Shown here: positions 30,349 through 40,856 of the stretch, in pieces
Numbering within the stretch: position 1 is the stretch's first letter
How the letters are laid out: each line of letters begins with the position of its first letter
Position numbers and translations under genes: made by a program
NCBI GenBank assembly: GCA_964642875.1
Contig: CAZXRF010000008.1
Coordinates: 2,241 to 66,240 of the forward strand
DNA from: an uncultured Chitinophagales bacterium
GTDB taxonomy: Bacteria; Bacteroidota; Bacteroidia; Chitinophagales; JADIYW01
Length of the DNA: 64,000 nucleotides
Direction of reading: 5' to 3'
The notes under the pieces: generated by a model
What the model was told of the DNA's origin: nothing
Seen by the model: the letters and a program-made list of their open reading frames with translations, nothing else
Database searches by the model: none

Positions 30349-31908
30349 TTAATTCTTGCTTTCAAAAACTGCAACCGGAACAATCACTTCTTCTATAGAA
30401 ACTCCGCCATGCTGAAATGTATTTCTGTAATAGTTGGCAAAGTGATTGTAATTATTTGGATAGCAGAAATAATAATCTTCTTTCGCAAAAACATAAGAAG
30501 AACTTAAATTTGATTTTGGTAAAAATGCTTCTTCTGGATTTTTAATATAAAAAACTTCCTTTTCGTTGAAGTTTAGATTTCTTCCTGTTTTATATCTAAG
30601 GTTTGTTGTTGTTGCTTTATCTCCTATAATTTTTGAAGGATTTTGCACGCGTACTGTGCCATGGTCAGAGGTGATGATGATGCGTACTTTTCTTTCTTTG
30701 AGTTTTAATATGGCATTTAGTAATGGAGAGTGATCAAACCAAGAGAGTGTAAGTGAGCGATATGCCGCTTCGTCGCTGGCAATTTCTTTTAATACTTCCA
30801 TTTCTGTCCGTGCATGAGACAGCATATCCACAAAATTATATACGATGACATTGAAGTCGTTATTCATCAAATTTAAAATGGTTTCTTCTAATTCTTTTCC
30901 GCTCTTATGGCTCGTTATTTTTGTATAACTGGTACGTAAGTTTATGTTGTTGCGCTTAAATTGCTCATTTAAGAAAAAATCTTCGTATAAGTTTTTACCT
31001 GCATTCTCATCGTCATAGAACCATTTGTCTGGATATTTTTTATCGATATCTAATGGCATAAGTCCAGAAAAAATAGAGTTGCGAGAATACTGTGTAGTGG
31101 TAGGTAAAATACTGTAAAAGTAATCTTCACTTATCTTCCTGAAATCTTCTTTCAAAAGTGTTTCAATGACTTTGTAATGGTCGTATCTGAGATTATCTAT
31201 TAATATAAAGAATGTAGGCGTATTGTCATTTAGAGATGGAAATATTTTGTTTTTGAAAAGCGTGTAAGATAGAGTAGGAGTGCTGTCTTTATTAGGTTCT
31301 TTCAGCCATTTTAAATAATTTTTTGAGATGAATTTAAAGAACTCTTTGTTGGCTTCTCCCTTTTGCATATCGAGAATATTTTTCATATCTGGATTGTCTG
31401 CTTTCTCTAATTCTAATTCCCAATATATTAATTTCCGATACAGCTCTGCCCATTCTTGATACGTGTTTACATTATTTACTTCCATCATTATATTCTGAAA
31501 TTCCTGGCGGTAGGAGGTCGCCGTTTTTTCAGAAACTAGCTTTTTATTTTCAGTCAATTTTTTAATGGCTAATAATATTTGATTTGGTTTTACAGGCTTT
31601 ATCAAATAATCTGCTATTTGCGAACCTATAGCTTCTTCCATGATGTTTTCTTCTTCATTTTTAGTAATCATCACTACCGGAATATCTTTATTTATTGTTT
31701 TTATTCTCGAAAGTGTTTCTAACCCTGATATACCGGGCATGTGTTCGTCTAAAAATATTAAATCGAAGTGTTCATTTTTGCATTTGTCGAGCGCATCGTG
31801 CCCATTGCTTACTGGGTCAACTTTATATCCTTTTTGTTCTAAGAATATTATTTGTGGTTTGAGTAAATCAATTTCATCATCTGCCCAAAGTATCTTTATT
31901 TCATTCAT
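30349..31908 (-). CDS. porX: T9SS response regulator with PglZ/alkaline-phosphatase domain
   Basis: ILWADDEIDLL receiver, ILIDNLRYD, ILPTTTQYSRNSIFSG, VDMLSHART, TSDHG, FQHGGVS; adjacent to tsaE and divergent from an HD gene. Confidence 0.93.
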   Translation of the reverse strand: MNEIKILWADDEIDLLKPQIIFLEQKGYKVDPVSNGHDALDKCKNEHFDLIFLDEHMPGISGLETLSRIKTINKDIPVVMITKNEEENIMEEAIGSQIADYLIKPVKPNQILLAIKKLTENKKLVSEKTATSYRQEFQNIMMEVNNVNTYQEWAELYRKLIYWELELEKADNPDMKNILDMQKGEANKEFFKFISKNYLKWLKEPNKDSTPTLSYTLFKNKIFPSLNDNTPTFFILIDNLRYDHYKVIETLLKEDFRKISEDYFYSILPTTTQYSRNSIFSGLMPLDIDKKYPDKWFYDDENAGKNLYEDFFLNEQFKRNNINLRTSYTKITSHKSGKELEETILNLMNNDFNVIVYNFVDMLSHARTEMEVLKEIASDEAAYRSLTLSWFDHSPLLNAILKLKERKVRIIITSDHGTVRVQNPSKIIGDKATTTNLRYKTGRNLNFNEKEVFYIKNPEEAFLPKSNLSSSYVFAKEDYYFCYPNNYNHFANYYRNTFQHGGVSIEEVIVPVAVFESKN

Positions 31909-32060
31909 AGTTTGTGGTATTTATATGGGTAAATAGTGTTTAGTTTTGTTTATTTTTGCTAAATACATACATTAACTGCAAGATACCAATTATATTGTAT
32001 TAAAAAATGTAAATTATCTTATAAAATAAAGAATACGCTGTAACTTTCTGAATAGTATTT

Positions 32061-33254
32061 ATGAATAAACGCAAGATATTTAATGACCCTGTTTATGGAT
32101 TTATTTCCATTCCTTACGATATTGTTTTTGATATTATTGAACATCCGATTTTCCAACGCTTACGCCGCATTCAGCAATTAGGATTGAGTTCATTGGTGTA
32201 TCCCGGCGCTACCCATTCTCGCTTTCATCATTCATTGGGTGCTATGCATCTGATGAGTAAGAGCTTAGAAGTGTTGAAATCTAAAGGACATACTATAACG
32301 GAAACAGAATCGGAAGCTGCGGTATTAGCAATATTAATGCACGATTTGGGACATGGCCCATTTTCTCATGCACTTGAAGGAGTTTTGGTAGAAAACATAC
32401 CACACGAAAATATTTCTTTGCTGTTGATGGAAAAATTGAGCGTAGAATTTGGGGAGAAAATTGAAGTAGCTATTCAGATTTTTAACAATACTTATCCCAA
32501 GAAATTCTTACATCAATTGGTAAGCGGACAGTTGGATATGGATAGAATGGACTACCTGAACAGAGATTCGTTTTACAGTGGCGTGAGTGAAGGTGTAATA
32601 GGATATGATAGAATACTAAATATGTTGGATGTACATGAGGGCAATATTGTAGTGGAAGAAAAAGGCATTTATTCCGTAGAGAAATTTTTAGTAGCACGCC
32701 GATTGATGTACTGGCAAGTGTATTTACATAAAACAGCTTTGGTAGCGGATTTAATGCTGAAGAATGCCATTTTACGAGCTAAAGAAGTGTATAAAAACAA
32801 TTTGATAAATGATACTATTTCGCCGAATTTAAATTTCTTTTTGACGAACACTTTAGATGAAGTTTCTTTTGCACAAGAATTAAACCGTTTTGTATCATTA
32901 GATGATTATGATATTTTCCATGCATTAAAAATGTGGATGAATAGTGATGATGCTATTTTGAAAACTCTAGCTACGTCTATTGTAAATAGAACATTGTTTA
33001 AAATAGAATTTTTAGATGAAAATAAAATTGCTGAAAAATATGAACAGCTTAAAATGATATATACGCAAGAAGAGTTAGATTTTTTAGTAGTAAAAGGAGC
33101 CGCAAAAAACAATGCGTATAATCCCAAAAAAGATAATATCTATATAAAATTTAAAGATGGTAGCATTAAAGAGATTACAGCTATTACGGAACAATGGAAT
33201 ATCCGCTCGCTATCAAATCCTGTAGTGAAACATTATATTGCGTATCCTAAATGA
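32061..33254 (+). CDS. HD domain phosphohydrolase (dNTPase-like)
   Basis: QRLRRIQQLG, HSRFHHSLG, LMHDLGHGPFSH, LDMDRMDYL.RDS. Confidence 0.92.
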   Translation: MNKRKIFNDPVYGFISIPYDIVFDIIEHPIFQRLRRIQQLGLSSLVYPGATHSRFHHSLGAMHLMSKSLEVLKSKGHTITETESEAAVLAILMHDLGHGPFSHALEGVLVENIPHENISLLLMEKLSVEFGEKIEVAIQIFNNTYPKKFLHQLVSGQLDMDRMDYLNRDSFYSGVSEGVIGYDRILNMLDVHEGNIVVEEKGIYSVEKFLVARRLMYWQVYLHKTALVADLMLKNAILRAKEVYKNNLINDTISPNLNFFLTNTLDEVSFAQELNRFVSLDDYDIFHALKMWMNSDDAILKTLATSIVNRTLFKIEFLDENKIAEKYEQLKMIYTQEELDFLVVKGAAKNNAYNPKKDNIYIKFKDGSIKEITAITEQWNIRSLSNPVVKHYIAYPK

Positions 33255-33261
33255 TAATTAT

Positions 33262-34236
33262 ATGACGATTGGCGAAATAGCTTTAAAAATACATGGCGAA
33301 GTAGTTGGAAATGCAGCACATGAAATTCATTCACCTGCAAAAATAGAATCTGCACAAGCCGACAATATTACTTTTTTAGCCAATCCCAAATATCTTGATT
33401 TTTTATTTACGACAAATGCCGGCTGCATTATAATTTCACGCAATTTTTTCACCGACGATTTAAAAGGAAATTTTATTTTAGTAGCAGATGCTTACCTTGC
33501 ATTTACTACTGTTTTGACTTTATTTTCCTCAACGGAACATACTTCTATTTCAGAAAATGCATTCATTCATTCCACTGCAAAAGTCGGTTTGAATGTTCAT
33601 ATTTACCCATTCGTTTTTATAGGAGAAAATGTAGAAATAGGAGATAACTGTATTTTGTATTCTAATGTATCTGTTTATGCACGTTGTAAAATTGGTAGCA
33701 ACTGCATTATACATTCCGGTGCTGTAATTGGCAGTGATGGATTTGGTTTTGCGCCAACAGAAAATGGATCGTTTCATAAAATTCCACAATTGGGCAATGT
33801 AATTATTGAAGACGATTGTGAAATAGGTGCAAATACTTGCATCGACAGGGCAACGATGGGCTCCACAATTATCAGAAAAGGAGTGAAATTGGATAACCTG
33901 ATACAAGTAGCGCATAATGTAGAAATAGGAGAACATACCGTTATTGCTGCACAAACAGGAATTTCGGGCAGTACAAAAATTGGGCATCACAATATGATTG
34001 GCGGACAAGTAGGTTTTGTTGGGCATATTTCCGTAGCTCCATTTACAAAAATAAATGCGCAAAGTGCCGTAGCATCTACAATAAAACAAGAAGGACGGGC
34101 TTTGTCGGGCTCACCGGTGATGGATATAAAACAACATTTTAAAGCTATGGTAGTATATAAAAATCTTCCTGAATTAGAAAGGCAAGTAAGAGCATTGCAA
34201 ACAGAGATAGAAAATTTAAAAAACAAGGATAAGTAA
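33262..34236 (+). CDS. lpxD: UDP-3-O-(3-hydroxyacyl)glucosamine N-acyltransferase
   Basis: ITFLANPKY, hexapeptide repeats, IGSDGFGF, VKLDNLIQVAHNV; start at ATG 33262. Confidence 0.95.
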   Translation: MTIGEIALKIHGEVVGNAAHEIHSPAKIESAQADNITFLANPKYLDFLFTTNAGCIIISRNFFTDDLKGNFILVADAYLAFTTVLTLFSSTEHTSISENAFIHSTAKVGLNVHIYPFVFIGENVEIGDNCILYSNVSVYARCKIGSNCIIHSGAVIGSDGFGFAPTENGSFHKIPQLGNVIIEDDCEIGANTCIDRATMGSTIIRKGVKLDNLIQVAHNVEIGEHTVIAAQTGISGSTKIGHHNMIGGQVGFVGHISVAPFTKINAQSAVASTIKQEGRALSGSPVMDIKQHFKAMVVYKNLPELERQVRALQTEIENLKNKDK

Positions 34237-34288
34237 TTTGTGAAGTGTATTCTGTATCTTTGTTTATCCTCCTAAAACACGCTTATTC

Positions 34289-35221
34289 ATGGAGTTACAA
34301 CATACATTAATTCGACCTATACAATTTTCCGGCATTGGGCTGCATACCGGCTTAATGGCGAACGTAGTTATTAAACCTGCTCCTGATAATTTTGGAATAC
34401 AATTTTGTAGAACAGACATTAATCCTACTCTTTTTATACCAGCAAAAACATGTAATGTTTCAAATACAAACAGAAGTACTACTTTGAAAAAATATGATAT
34501 AGAAGTGATTACTGTTGAACATTTGCTGTCGGCATTTTACGCATTAGGAATAAACAATGCCTTAGTAGAAATTGATAATAAAGAAATTCCAATTTTTGAT
34601 GGAAGCGCTAGTTTTTATGTAAATACTATTTTTAAAGACAATATAATCGAATTAAGTTTACCACGAAAATCAATTACCATACATGATGTAATAGAATGGA
34701 AAGATATACAAACAGGTGCCGAATATATCTTTTTACCACATGAAGATTTTTCTGTTACATGCTTGATAGATTTTCCTTCAAAAATGATTAAACATCAATA
34801 TGCTGTGATGAATGATGTAAGTGAATATGCTTTGGAAATTGCACCTGCTAAGACATTTTGTTTTTTACATGAAATTGAATATTTGTACAACAACGGATTG
34901 ATAAAAGGTGGTAACTTAAATAATGCTTTAGTGTTTTCTGAAAATAAGTTGAGTAAAGAAAAAACAGCATGGTTATCTGCAACTTTTCATCAGCCAGCAT
35001 ATTCGATTCCCGAAATGGGGGTTTTAAATCCACTATATCAAACGTATGATAATGAAGCGGCACGTCATAAATTACTAGATGTTATAGGTGATTTGGCTTT
35101 AACGCAAACTTACTTTAAAGGTAAGTTGATTACTTACAAACCCGGACATAAATCCAATTGTAAATTCGCTCAGTTTTTAGTGGAAAATTACATTGAAATT
35201 CCACACGAACAATCGTTGTAA
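34289..35221 (+). CDS. lpxC: UDP-3-O-acyl-GlcNAc deacetylase without a fused FabZ domain
   Basis: GIGLHTG, TVEHLLSA, APAKTF, ARHKLLDVIGDLAL, PGH; stop about 20 aa after the His motif. Confidence 0.92.
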   Translation: MELQHTLIRPIQFSGIGLHTGLMANVVIKPAPDNFGIQFCRTDINPTLFIPAKTCNVSNTNRSTTLKKYDIEVITVEHLLSAFYALGINNALVEIDNKEIPIFDGSASFYVNTIFKDNIIELSLPRKSITIHDVIEWKDIQTGAEYIFLPHEDFSVTCLIDFPSKMIKHQYAVMNDVSEYALEIAPAKTFCFLHEIEYLYNNGLIKGGNLNNALVFSENKLSKEKTAWLSATFHQPAYSIPEMGVLNPLYQTYDNEAARHKLLDVIGDLALTQTYFKGKLITYKPGHKSNCKFAQFLVENYIEIPHEQSL

Positions 35222-35236
35222 ATACAGTAATAGCAG

Positions 35237-35605
35237 TTATCTTCTTCCACCTCGAGAGCCACGAAAATGCCCACTTTTTCCGGGGAAATCTTTTTTAGCT
35301 TTATCAAAATCTCCTTTGAAATTTGTACCCCCTTTCCCAAAGTTTTTTCTCTTTTTAGATTTGTCTATTTTCTCCGATTTAGAAACAGCAATGGTTCTAT
35401 CCATCACCTCCGTTCCATTTAATGTTTGAATAGCTAGCAAAGCATCTGCATCATTCAACATTGTTACAAATCCAAACCCTTTGTTTTGTCGGGTTATGTG
35501 ATGTATTACGATTTTTACTTCTGTCACTTCACCAAATTTTTCAAACATATCTCTGAGTTCTTTCTCTTTCAATTTGAAAGGTAGGCTGCCTACGTATATT
35601 TCCAT
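35237..35605 (-). CDS. RRM RNA-binding protein with basic Gly-rich tail
   Basis: IYVGSL (RNP2), KGFGFVTM (RNP1). Confidence 0.92.
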   Translation of the reverse strand: MEIYVGSLPFKLKEKELRDMFEKFGEVTEVKIVIHHITRQNKGFGFVTMLNDADALLAIQTLNGTEVMDRTIAVSKSEKIDKSKKRKNFGKGGTNFKGDFDKAKKDFPGKSGHFRGSRGGRR

Positions 35606-35766
35606 GGGTACAAATTAGATTGTAAAATTACACAATATTCAAGTTTCGGTATATTATTACACAATAAATAAAACACATTTTTTATTTTTCAAAGAACTTT
35701 TATCTTACTTCCGCACAAGTACACCATAGCCACATGCTTGCGACAGTAAAATCTATATTTTTTTGC

Positions 35767-35794
35767 AAAAAAGCCTCCCCAAAAATGGGAGGCT
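35767..35794 (-). terminator. Intrinsic terminator
   Basis: AGCCTCCC / GGGAGGCT stem with an A-run giving a U-tail on the minus strand. Confidence 0.7.
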
Positions 35795-35825
35795 CATCAT
35801 ACAAAATCTACTAAAAACAAACCAA

Positions 35826-36245
35826 TTAAGATTTCATGCTTTCTATGATTTTATTAAATTCATCATAAACTTTTAAAGGAGATAAGTTGGCGTCATTTTT
35901 AGCTTGCTCGCCATTATTGAAACCAGCTTTTGCTGCTTCTTTCAATGCTTTTAATGCCGCATACAAATCATTGGTTTGTGCTAATGCACACGCCTGATTG
36001 TATAAGATAGCCGCATACACAGGCGCAAATGTAATCTTGTCAGTTTTCGATAATAAGTTGTAGCTGTTTAGCCAAACTTCTACGGTTTTGTTTGCGTTGG
36101 TAAATTGTTTTTCGGTAATATACTTCGCCGACATTTGTTGCATTTGCTGTGAGTACGTTCCGAAAGTAGCTGTGTTTACTGTTGGTTTGGCGATAGCCAT
36201 AGAGCAAACGATGCCCAGTGCTATCAAAGAGGATAACTTTTTCAT
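35826..36245 (-). CDS. Exported TPR-like small protein
   Basis: Signal peptide; LYNQACALAQ...ALKALKEAAKAGF...AKNDANLSPL. Confidence 0.75.
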   Translation of the reverse strand: MKKLSSLIALGIVCSMAIAKPTVNTATFGTYSQQMQQMSAKYITEKQFTNANKTVEVWLNSYNLLSKTDKITFAPVYAAILYNQACALAQTNDLYAALKALKEAAKAGFNNGEQAKNDANLSPLKVYDEFNKIIESMKS

Positions 36246-36379
36246 GGTGTTAGATTGTTTTAAAAATTTAAAAAATTAGTAGTGAATTGATTACTGAATT
36301 TGGTTATTGAATGAGTAGTTTTTTTTCTAAAATTATTACAATAAGTTGTAATTAAAATTGCGAAGTTTGCGATTTATTT

Positions 36380-38233
36380 TTAATCGATAGGCACTAATTC
36401 GCTGTTCACCATTTTGAAGATGTAATGTTGTCTATGCATTCTATCTTCCCATGCATTATCTAACGAATCATCTAATACACTTTGTGTATTCTCTAATTTT
36501 TCGCGTGCTTCATCTAATTTTTGTTGAGCTTTATCCAATGCAGCATTTACATCTTTGTCATCGGTATCAATACTAATGGTAAGCTTGGTTCCTTTTTTTG
36601 AATTTCCATTATCTGTTTTTATTTCTATTTTATGTTTTGAATCTTGCTTTGAATTGGGAGCGACAGGCGGAACGGCAGCACCAGCAGCTATAGGTACAGC
36701 AGGTGGTGTTGGAGGAGTTGGCGGTGTCATGTTTCTAATGTTATCCCAGTTGATGTCCACTTTATCTAAGTTAATATAGTTTTCAGTACGGGCATCCCAT
36801 CGAATAATTTTTCCTTCCGGCACGTACACCTTTACTTTCAACTGTTGGTTTCTGAATTTTACATTTTTGTCTGTTAATTGAAGGTATGGATCAATGATTA
36901 ATTTATTATTTACCTGAGAAATAGTTTGTGTAAATGAAGTTGCATTTTGTATAGCTTCTTTAGTCGTTCTGCCATTTGCAGAAAATTCTTTTACTACAAT
37001 AAATGAATCGTTGATACTTGGTAAAATTTCAATTTGTACAGGGATAAATCTGTCTTTGTAATCAGAAAATAAATCTATCAAATCATTTGCTCCGTTTATA
37101 TTTATGTTGTTATAATTTTCTTCATCACTTATAGACGGATTCATGGACAATTGTAAAGTATCGGAGTGATACGTATAATTCAGTGGAAAAGTTTGATTGA
37201 TTTTCTTTTTTTCAGCAACAATTTTTCTTATGTTGTTACCTCCTATATTTAGGAATAATAACCCCAATAAGAAGAATGCAACTAATGGAAATACCAACTT
37301 TCGATAGGACTGTTTTTCGTTTTTTGATATACTCTTGTAAAGCAAAATTGCAAGTGATATAAATACTGATGATAATAATAAAATACCACCTATAATTACC
37401 CACCAAGCATCATACGAATTATCGAAGAAAAATCTATTAGCAGTAGGAATGCCCATAAATGTAAATGCTATAAATAAAGCGATAAGCACAAATGCTGTGA
37501 AAAGTAAAATTGATAATACGAAAACACCAATTAAACGTAAGAATGCGATTAGAATTTTTACAAATACAGCAGCAATTTTTACTACAACATTTATTATTCT
37601 GTAAAAAATATTTTTTCCTTCTGTATTGGCGAAATCAGTAAGGTTGTTTGTTTCGTCTTTTATTTTTTTTTCGATGTTAGATAGGTTAATTTGCTCGCCT
37701 CTCATTTCTAATTTTTGTGCTGCTGTTTCCGCTTTTGGCATCACAATACTAAGTATAATATAAATTAAGACAGGAGAGCCAATACCAATTAGTGTGAGTA
37801 ATATAAATACGATACGCAACCATATTGGATCGTTAATTCCGAAATATGCACTTAGGCCTGCACAAACACCGGTTATTAAGCCATTATCGGAGTCTCTGTA
37901 TAATCGTTTTCCGATAGTAGAGGTACTGCTGTATGTACTTTGTTGGGCAGAAGATGTATTTAATTTTTCATTTTCTTCTTCTTCAAAATCTTGAGGATTA
38001 CCCATTGTGTTGATTACAGCAGTCGCATCGTCTTTTGTAATGATATATCCTTTGCCTTTTGCTAAAAATAATTCTGCAAATCGTGCTTCTATATCTCTGA
38101 TGATTTCATCTTTATCCGTTTCGTTGGCATAGAAAGTACGCAAGGAATTAAAATAAGAAGAGAGCTGCTCATAAGCATCTTCATTAATATTGAAGACCTG
38201 CCCGGCTAAGTTTATATTGAATGTCTTTATCAT
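36380..38233 (-). CDS. PspC domain membrane protein
   Basis: KTFNINLAGQVFNINEDAY; RLYRDSDNGLITGVCAGLSAYFGI PspC motif; Pro-rich C-terminal segment. Confidence 0.9.
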   Translation of the reverse strand: MIKTFNINLAGQVFNINEDAYEQLSSYFNSLRTFYANETDKDEIIRDIEARFAELFLAKGKGYIITKDDATAVINTMGNPQDFEEEENEKLNTSSAQQSTYSSTSTIGKRLYRDSDNGLITGVCAGLSAYFGINDPIWLRIVFILLTLIGIGSPVLIYIILSIVMPKAETAAQKLEMRGEQINLSNIEKKIKDETNNLTDFANTEGKNIFYRIINVVVKIAAVFVKILIAFLRLIGVFVLSILLFTAFVLIALFIAFTFMGIPTANRFFFDNSYDAWWVIIGGILLLSSVFISLAILLYKSISKNEKQSYRKLVFPLVAFFLLGLLFLNIGGNNIRKIVAEKKKINQTFPLNYTYHSDTLQLSMNPSISDEENYNNININGANDLIDLFSDYKDRFIPVQIEILPSINDSFIVVKEFSANGRTTKEAIQNATSFTQTISQVNNKLIIDPYLQLTDKNVKFRNQQLKVKVYVPEGKIIRWDARTENYINLDKVDINWDNIRNMTPPTPPTPPAVPIAAGAAVPPVAPNSKQDSKHKIEIKTDNGNSKKGTKLTISIDTDDKDVNAALDKAQQKLDEAREKLENTQSVLDDSLDNAWEDRMHRQHYIFKMVNSELVPID

Positions 38234-38275
38234 GATTTTTATTTTTTGTTGGTTTATTGTATGATTTTTTCAGAA

Positions 38276-38647
38276 TTATATTTTGTTATTTTCGAAATGT
38301 GTGGCTTTATCTACTGCGTTAGAAAGTTCATTCCAAGTTTGTTTTAAATCTTCTAAAGCACTTTGCCCTTCTAAGGTGAGCGTAAAGTATTTTCGAGGTG
38401 GCCCGGAGTTAGATTCTTTCCATTCGTAAGTTAGTAAACCAGCATTCTTTAATCGGGTAAGTAATGGATATACTGTACCTTCTACTACTAGCATATTGGC
38501 GCTTTTCAACGCATCAAGTATGTCAGATGCATATACTTCGCCACGCGAAATGATGCCAAGGATACAAAACTCCAAAATGCCTTTTCGCATTTGTACTTTT
38601 GTATTTTCAGTACTGAATGCCGAGGAGGAAGAGGATGTTGTTGTCAT
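38276..38647 (-). CDS. PadR family transcriptional regulator
   Basis: QMRKGILEFCIL, EGTVYPLLTRL, GPPRKYFTLT. Confidence 0.95.
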   Translation of the reverse strand: MTTTSSSSSAFSTENTKVQMRKGILEFCILGIISRGEVYASDILDALKSANMLVVEGTVYPLLTRLKNAGLLTYEWKESNSGPPRKYFTLTLEGQSALEDLKQTWNELSNAVDKATHFENNKI

Positions 38648-38684
38648 GTCGTTTATTTATAAATTTTCTTAATACTGTTTGTTT

Positions 38685-39041
38685 CTACTTATTCATTACA
38701 AATTGTAACGAATATATTTTTCCTTGCTGTGCAGGTGCATTATATGTAGCACTTTCTAAAAATCGAACCACTTCTTGTTTGCCGGCTACATCGTTGCTAT
38801 TGATATAAGTTATATATGGGCGACCGATTTCATTTATGACATAATCTACATTTACTACAATATTATTTTCTTTTTCATAAGTAAAAGAATCCTGCTTTAG
38901 TATGTTTTTTGTAAAGTCAATTTTTACATTAGAAATACTGTTTTTCTCCATTTTGTTGCTTTTTATGGATTTTGCAGCTGTAGTGTTGCTGAGTGCAGGT
39001 AACATTATAAATGTCATTGCTGCGATAATTAAGTTGTTCAT
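38685..39041 (-). CDS. Hypothetical exported protein
   Basis: 118-aa ORF with signal-like N-terminus; first gene upstream of padR. Confidence 0.65.
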   Translation of the reverse strand: MNNLIIAAMTFIMLPALSNTTAAKSIKSNKMEKNSISNVKIDFTKNILKQDSFTYEKENNIVVNVDYVINEIGRPYITYINSNDVAGKQEVVRFLESATYNAPAQQGKIYSLQFVMNK

Positions 39042-39089
39042 AATTGTATTTTTTATTTAGTTAGTTATTTTACCAAGTAATTTACATTA

Positions 39090-39129
39090 CAAAGATAAGT
39101 ACAAAACATTGAACTATGCAATACATAGT
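39090..39129 (-). promoter_or_regulatory. Promoter with overlapping palindromic operator candidate
   Basis: TATCTTTG -7 motif (39097-39090); ACTATG-CAATA-CATAGT palindrome (39113-39129) spans the expected -33 position. Confidence 0.6.
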
Positions 39130-39248
39130 AGTAAAATTTAACAAAATAATTTTTAACTTATTGATAATCAATGTAAATATTTTTATAATAAAATCTGATT
39201 TAACCTTTATAAGCCGATTATTACACATTTTTTGATTATTTTTGAGCA

Positions 39249-40856
39249 ATGAAAAATCAAATTCGCAATATTTTTAGTCTGTTTTTTTTATCTTTTTTTG
39301 CATTTAACGCATTTTCAATAGACCATGACGTAAATAATGCACCTTATGATGTCGTGTATAATCATATTCATTATTTGAAAAAAGGTACGTACGATGAGTT
39401 ACAGGCATCAGAATCTTTTGATATTCCCAATAAAAAGGCGCGTATTGAAGCTGCGTTGCAATTAAAGGAAATATTAGATGCAAAAGTAGATCCCAATTCA
39501 ATTTTAAACAAAACACCAGATGACCCGAATTATACAGATTCTACCACTAAAAAACACATATATGTATTGTATGATAAACTACCACAGGTATATGTGTCGT
39601 TGGAAGGTAATAAATGGTATTATTCGCAAGCTACAATAGATGCAATTCCACAGTTACATAAAAAGATTTTTCCATTTGGTACTAATATTTGGATAAAGTG
39701 GTTTCCAATAAATCAAAATCAAGAATTTTTAAAATTATATCCGTGGCAATGGGCTGGTATAGGAATTATTTTTGGATCGTTTTTAATTTGCTTTTTTTTA
39801 TTGAAATATGTTTTCCGATTTGTTTTTAATAAAATACTTTTTAAAAAATATGCAAATGAAATTCAAGATATTGAAAAACTAAAATCAGTAGCCAATTTAT
39901 TTTCAGTATGGATAGGGTTCAAAATTTTCCAACTGTTTATTCCTACCTTATTTATTAATCCGCGCTATTCGATGCCGGTAATGATAGGAGTAGATTTTAT
40001 TTCTGCGTTGTTGATTGTATTTGTGGTATATAAATTAGTAGAACTGATTATTTTTTACTCCAAACAATATGCTCAAAAATCAGGCTCGCAATGGGATGAA
40101 CAAATAGTAGTGGTATTGCAAAAATTTCTGAAATTTATAATTGTCTTTTTAGGGTTGTTTTATATTCTCAATACGCTGGATGTAAATATTGCAACTATAA
40201 TTGCCGGTTTGTCTGTCGGTGGTTTAGCATTAGCCTTAGCAGCACAAGATACGGTGAAAAATTTCATAGGCTCCGTAATGATTTTTATCGATAAACCCTT
40301 TAAAATTGGCGATACAATAAAAGGAGATAATTTTGAAGGTGCTGTATTAGAAGTTGGTTTTCGCTCTACCCGAATTAAAACTTCTGATGACTCGATTGTG
40401 TACATTTCTAATGCTAAACTTACAGAAATGACTATCGACAATAAAGGATATAGAGTGTATAAGAAATTTAAAACGGAGATTACATTGCCCTATAATACGC
40501 CATTGGAAAAAGTAGAATTATTTCTTAAAGGCATTCGTCATATTTTATTGAAAAATCCTTATACTAAAGATGCTTCTATTGGTGCGCATTTAACCAATAT
40601 CCAAGCCGCTGGATTAACAATTACTATAAACTATACCTCTAAGCAATACAATCAACGGGAGGAATTACAACAACGTGAATTTATTCTTAAAAAAATCCTG
40701 CAATTAGCAGAACTACTACACATAAAATTATTCGAAAATAATCAATTGATATTGGAAAAAAATACAGAAAATACATCTGATGCTTCGCCGGATTATAAAG
40801 AAAAATTACAGCACTTTTATGCAGATATAGACAAAGAAGCACCTAGGATAAAATAA
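39249..40856 (+). CDS. Mechanosensitive ion channel, MscS family
   Basis: AGLSVGGLALALAAQDTVKNFIG, DKPFKIGD, EVGFRSTRIKT. Confidence 0.92.
   Translation: MKNQIRNIFSLFFLSFFAFNAFSIDHDVNNAPYDVVYNHIHYLKKGTYDELQASESFDIPNKKARIEAALQLKEILDAKVDPNSILNKTPDDPNYTDSTTKKHIYVLYDKLPQVYVSLEGNKWYYSQATIDAIPQLHKKIFPFGTNIWIKWFPINQNQEFLKLYPWQWAGIGIIFGSFLICFFLLKYVFRFVFNKILFKKYANEIQDIEKLKSVANLFSVWIGFKIFQLFIPTLFINPRYSMPVMIGVDFISALLIVFVVYKLVELIIFYSKQYAQKSGSQWDEQIVVVLQKFLKFIIVFLGLFYILNTLDVNIATIIAGLSVGGLALALAAQDTVKNFIGSVMIFIDKPFKIGDTIKGDNFEGAVLEVGFRSTRIKTSDDSIVYISNAKLTEMTIDNKGYRVYKKFKTEITLPYNTPLEKVELFLKGIRHILLKNPYTKDASIGAHLTNIQAAGLTITINYTSKQYNQREELQQREFILKKILQLAELLHIKLFENNQLILEKNTENTSDASPDYKEKLQHFYADIDKEAPRIK

Noticed and set aside
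36270-36320. TGAATT-containing short repeats upstream of the TPR-like gene
   Set aside because: Irregular period and AT-rich; not distinguishable from chance by eye.
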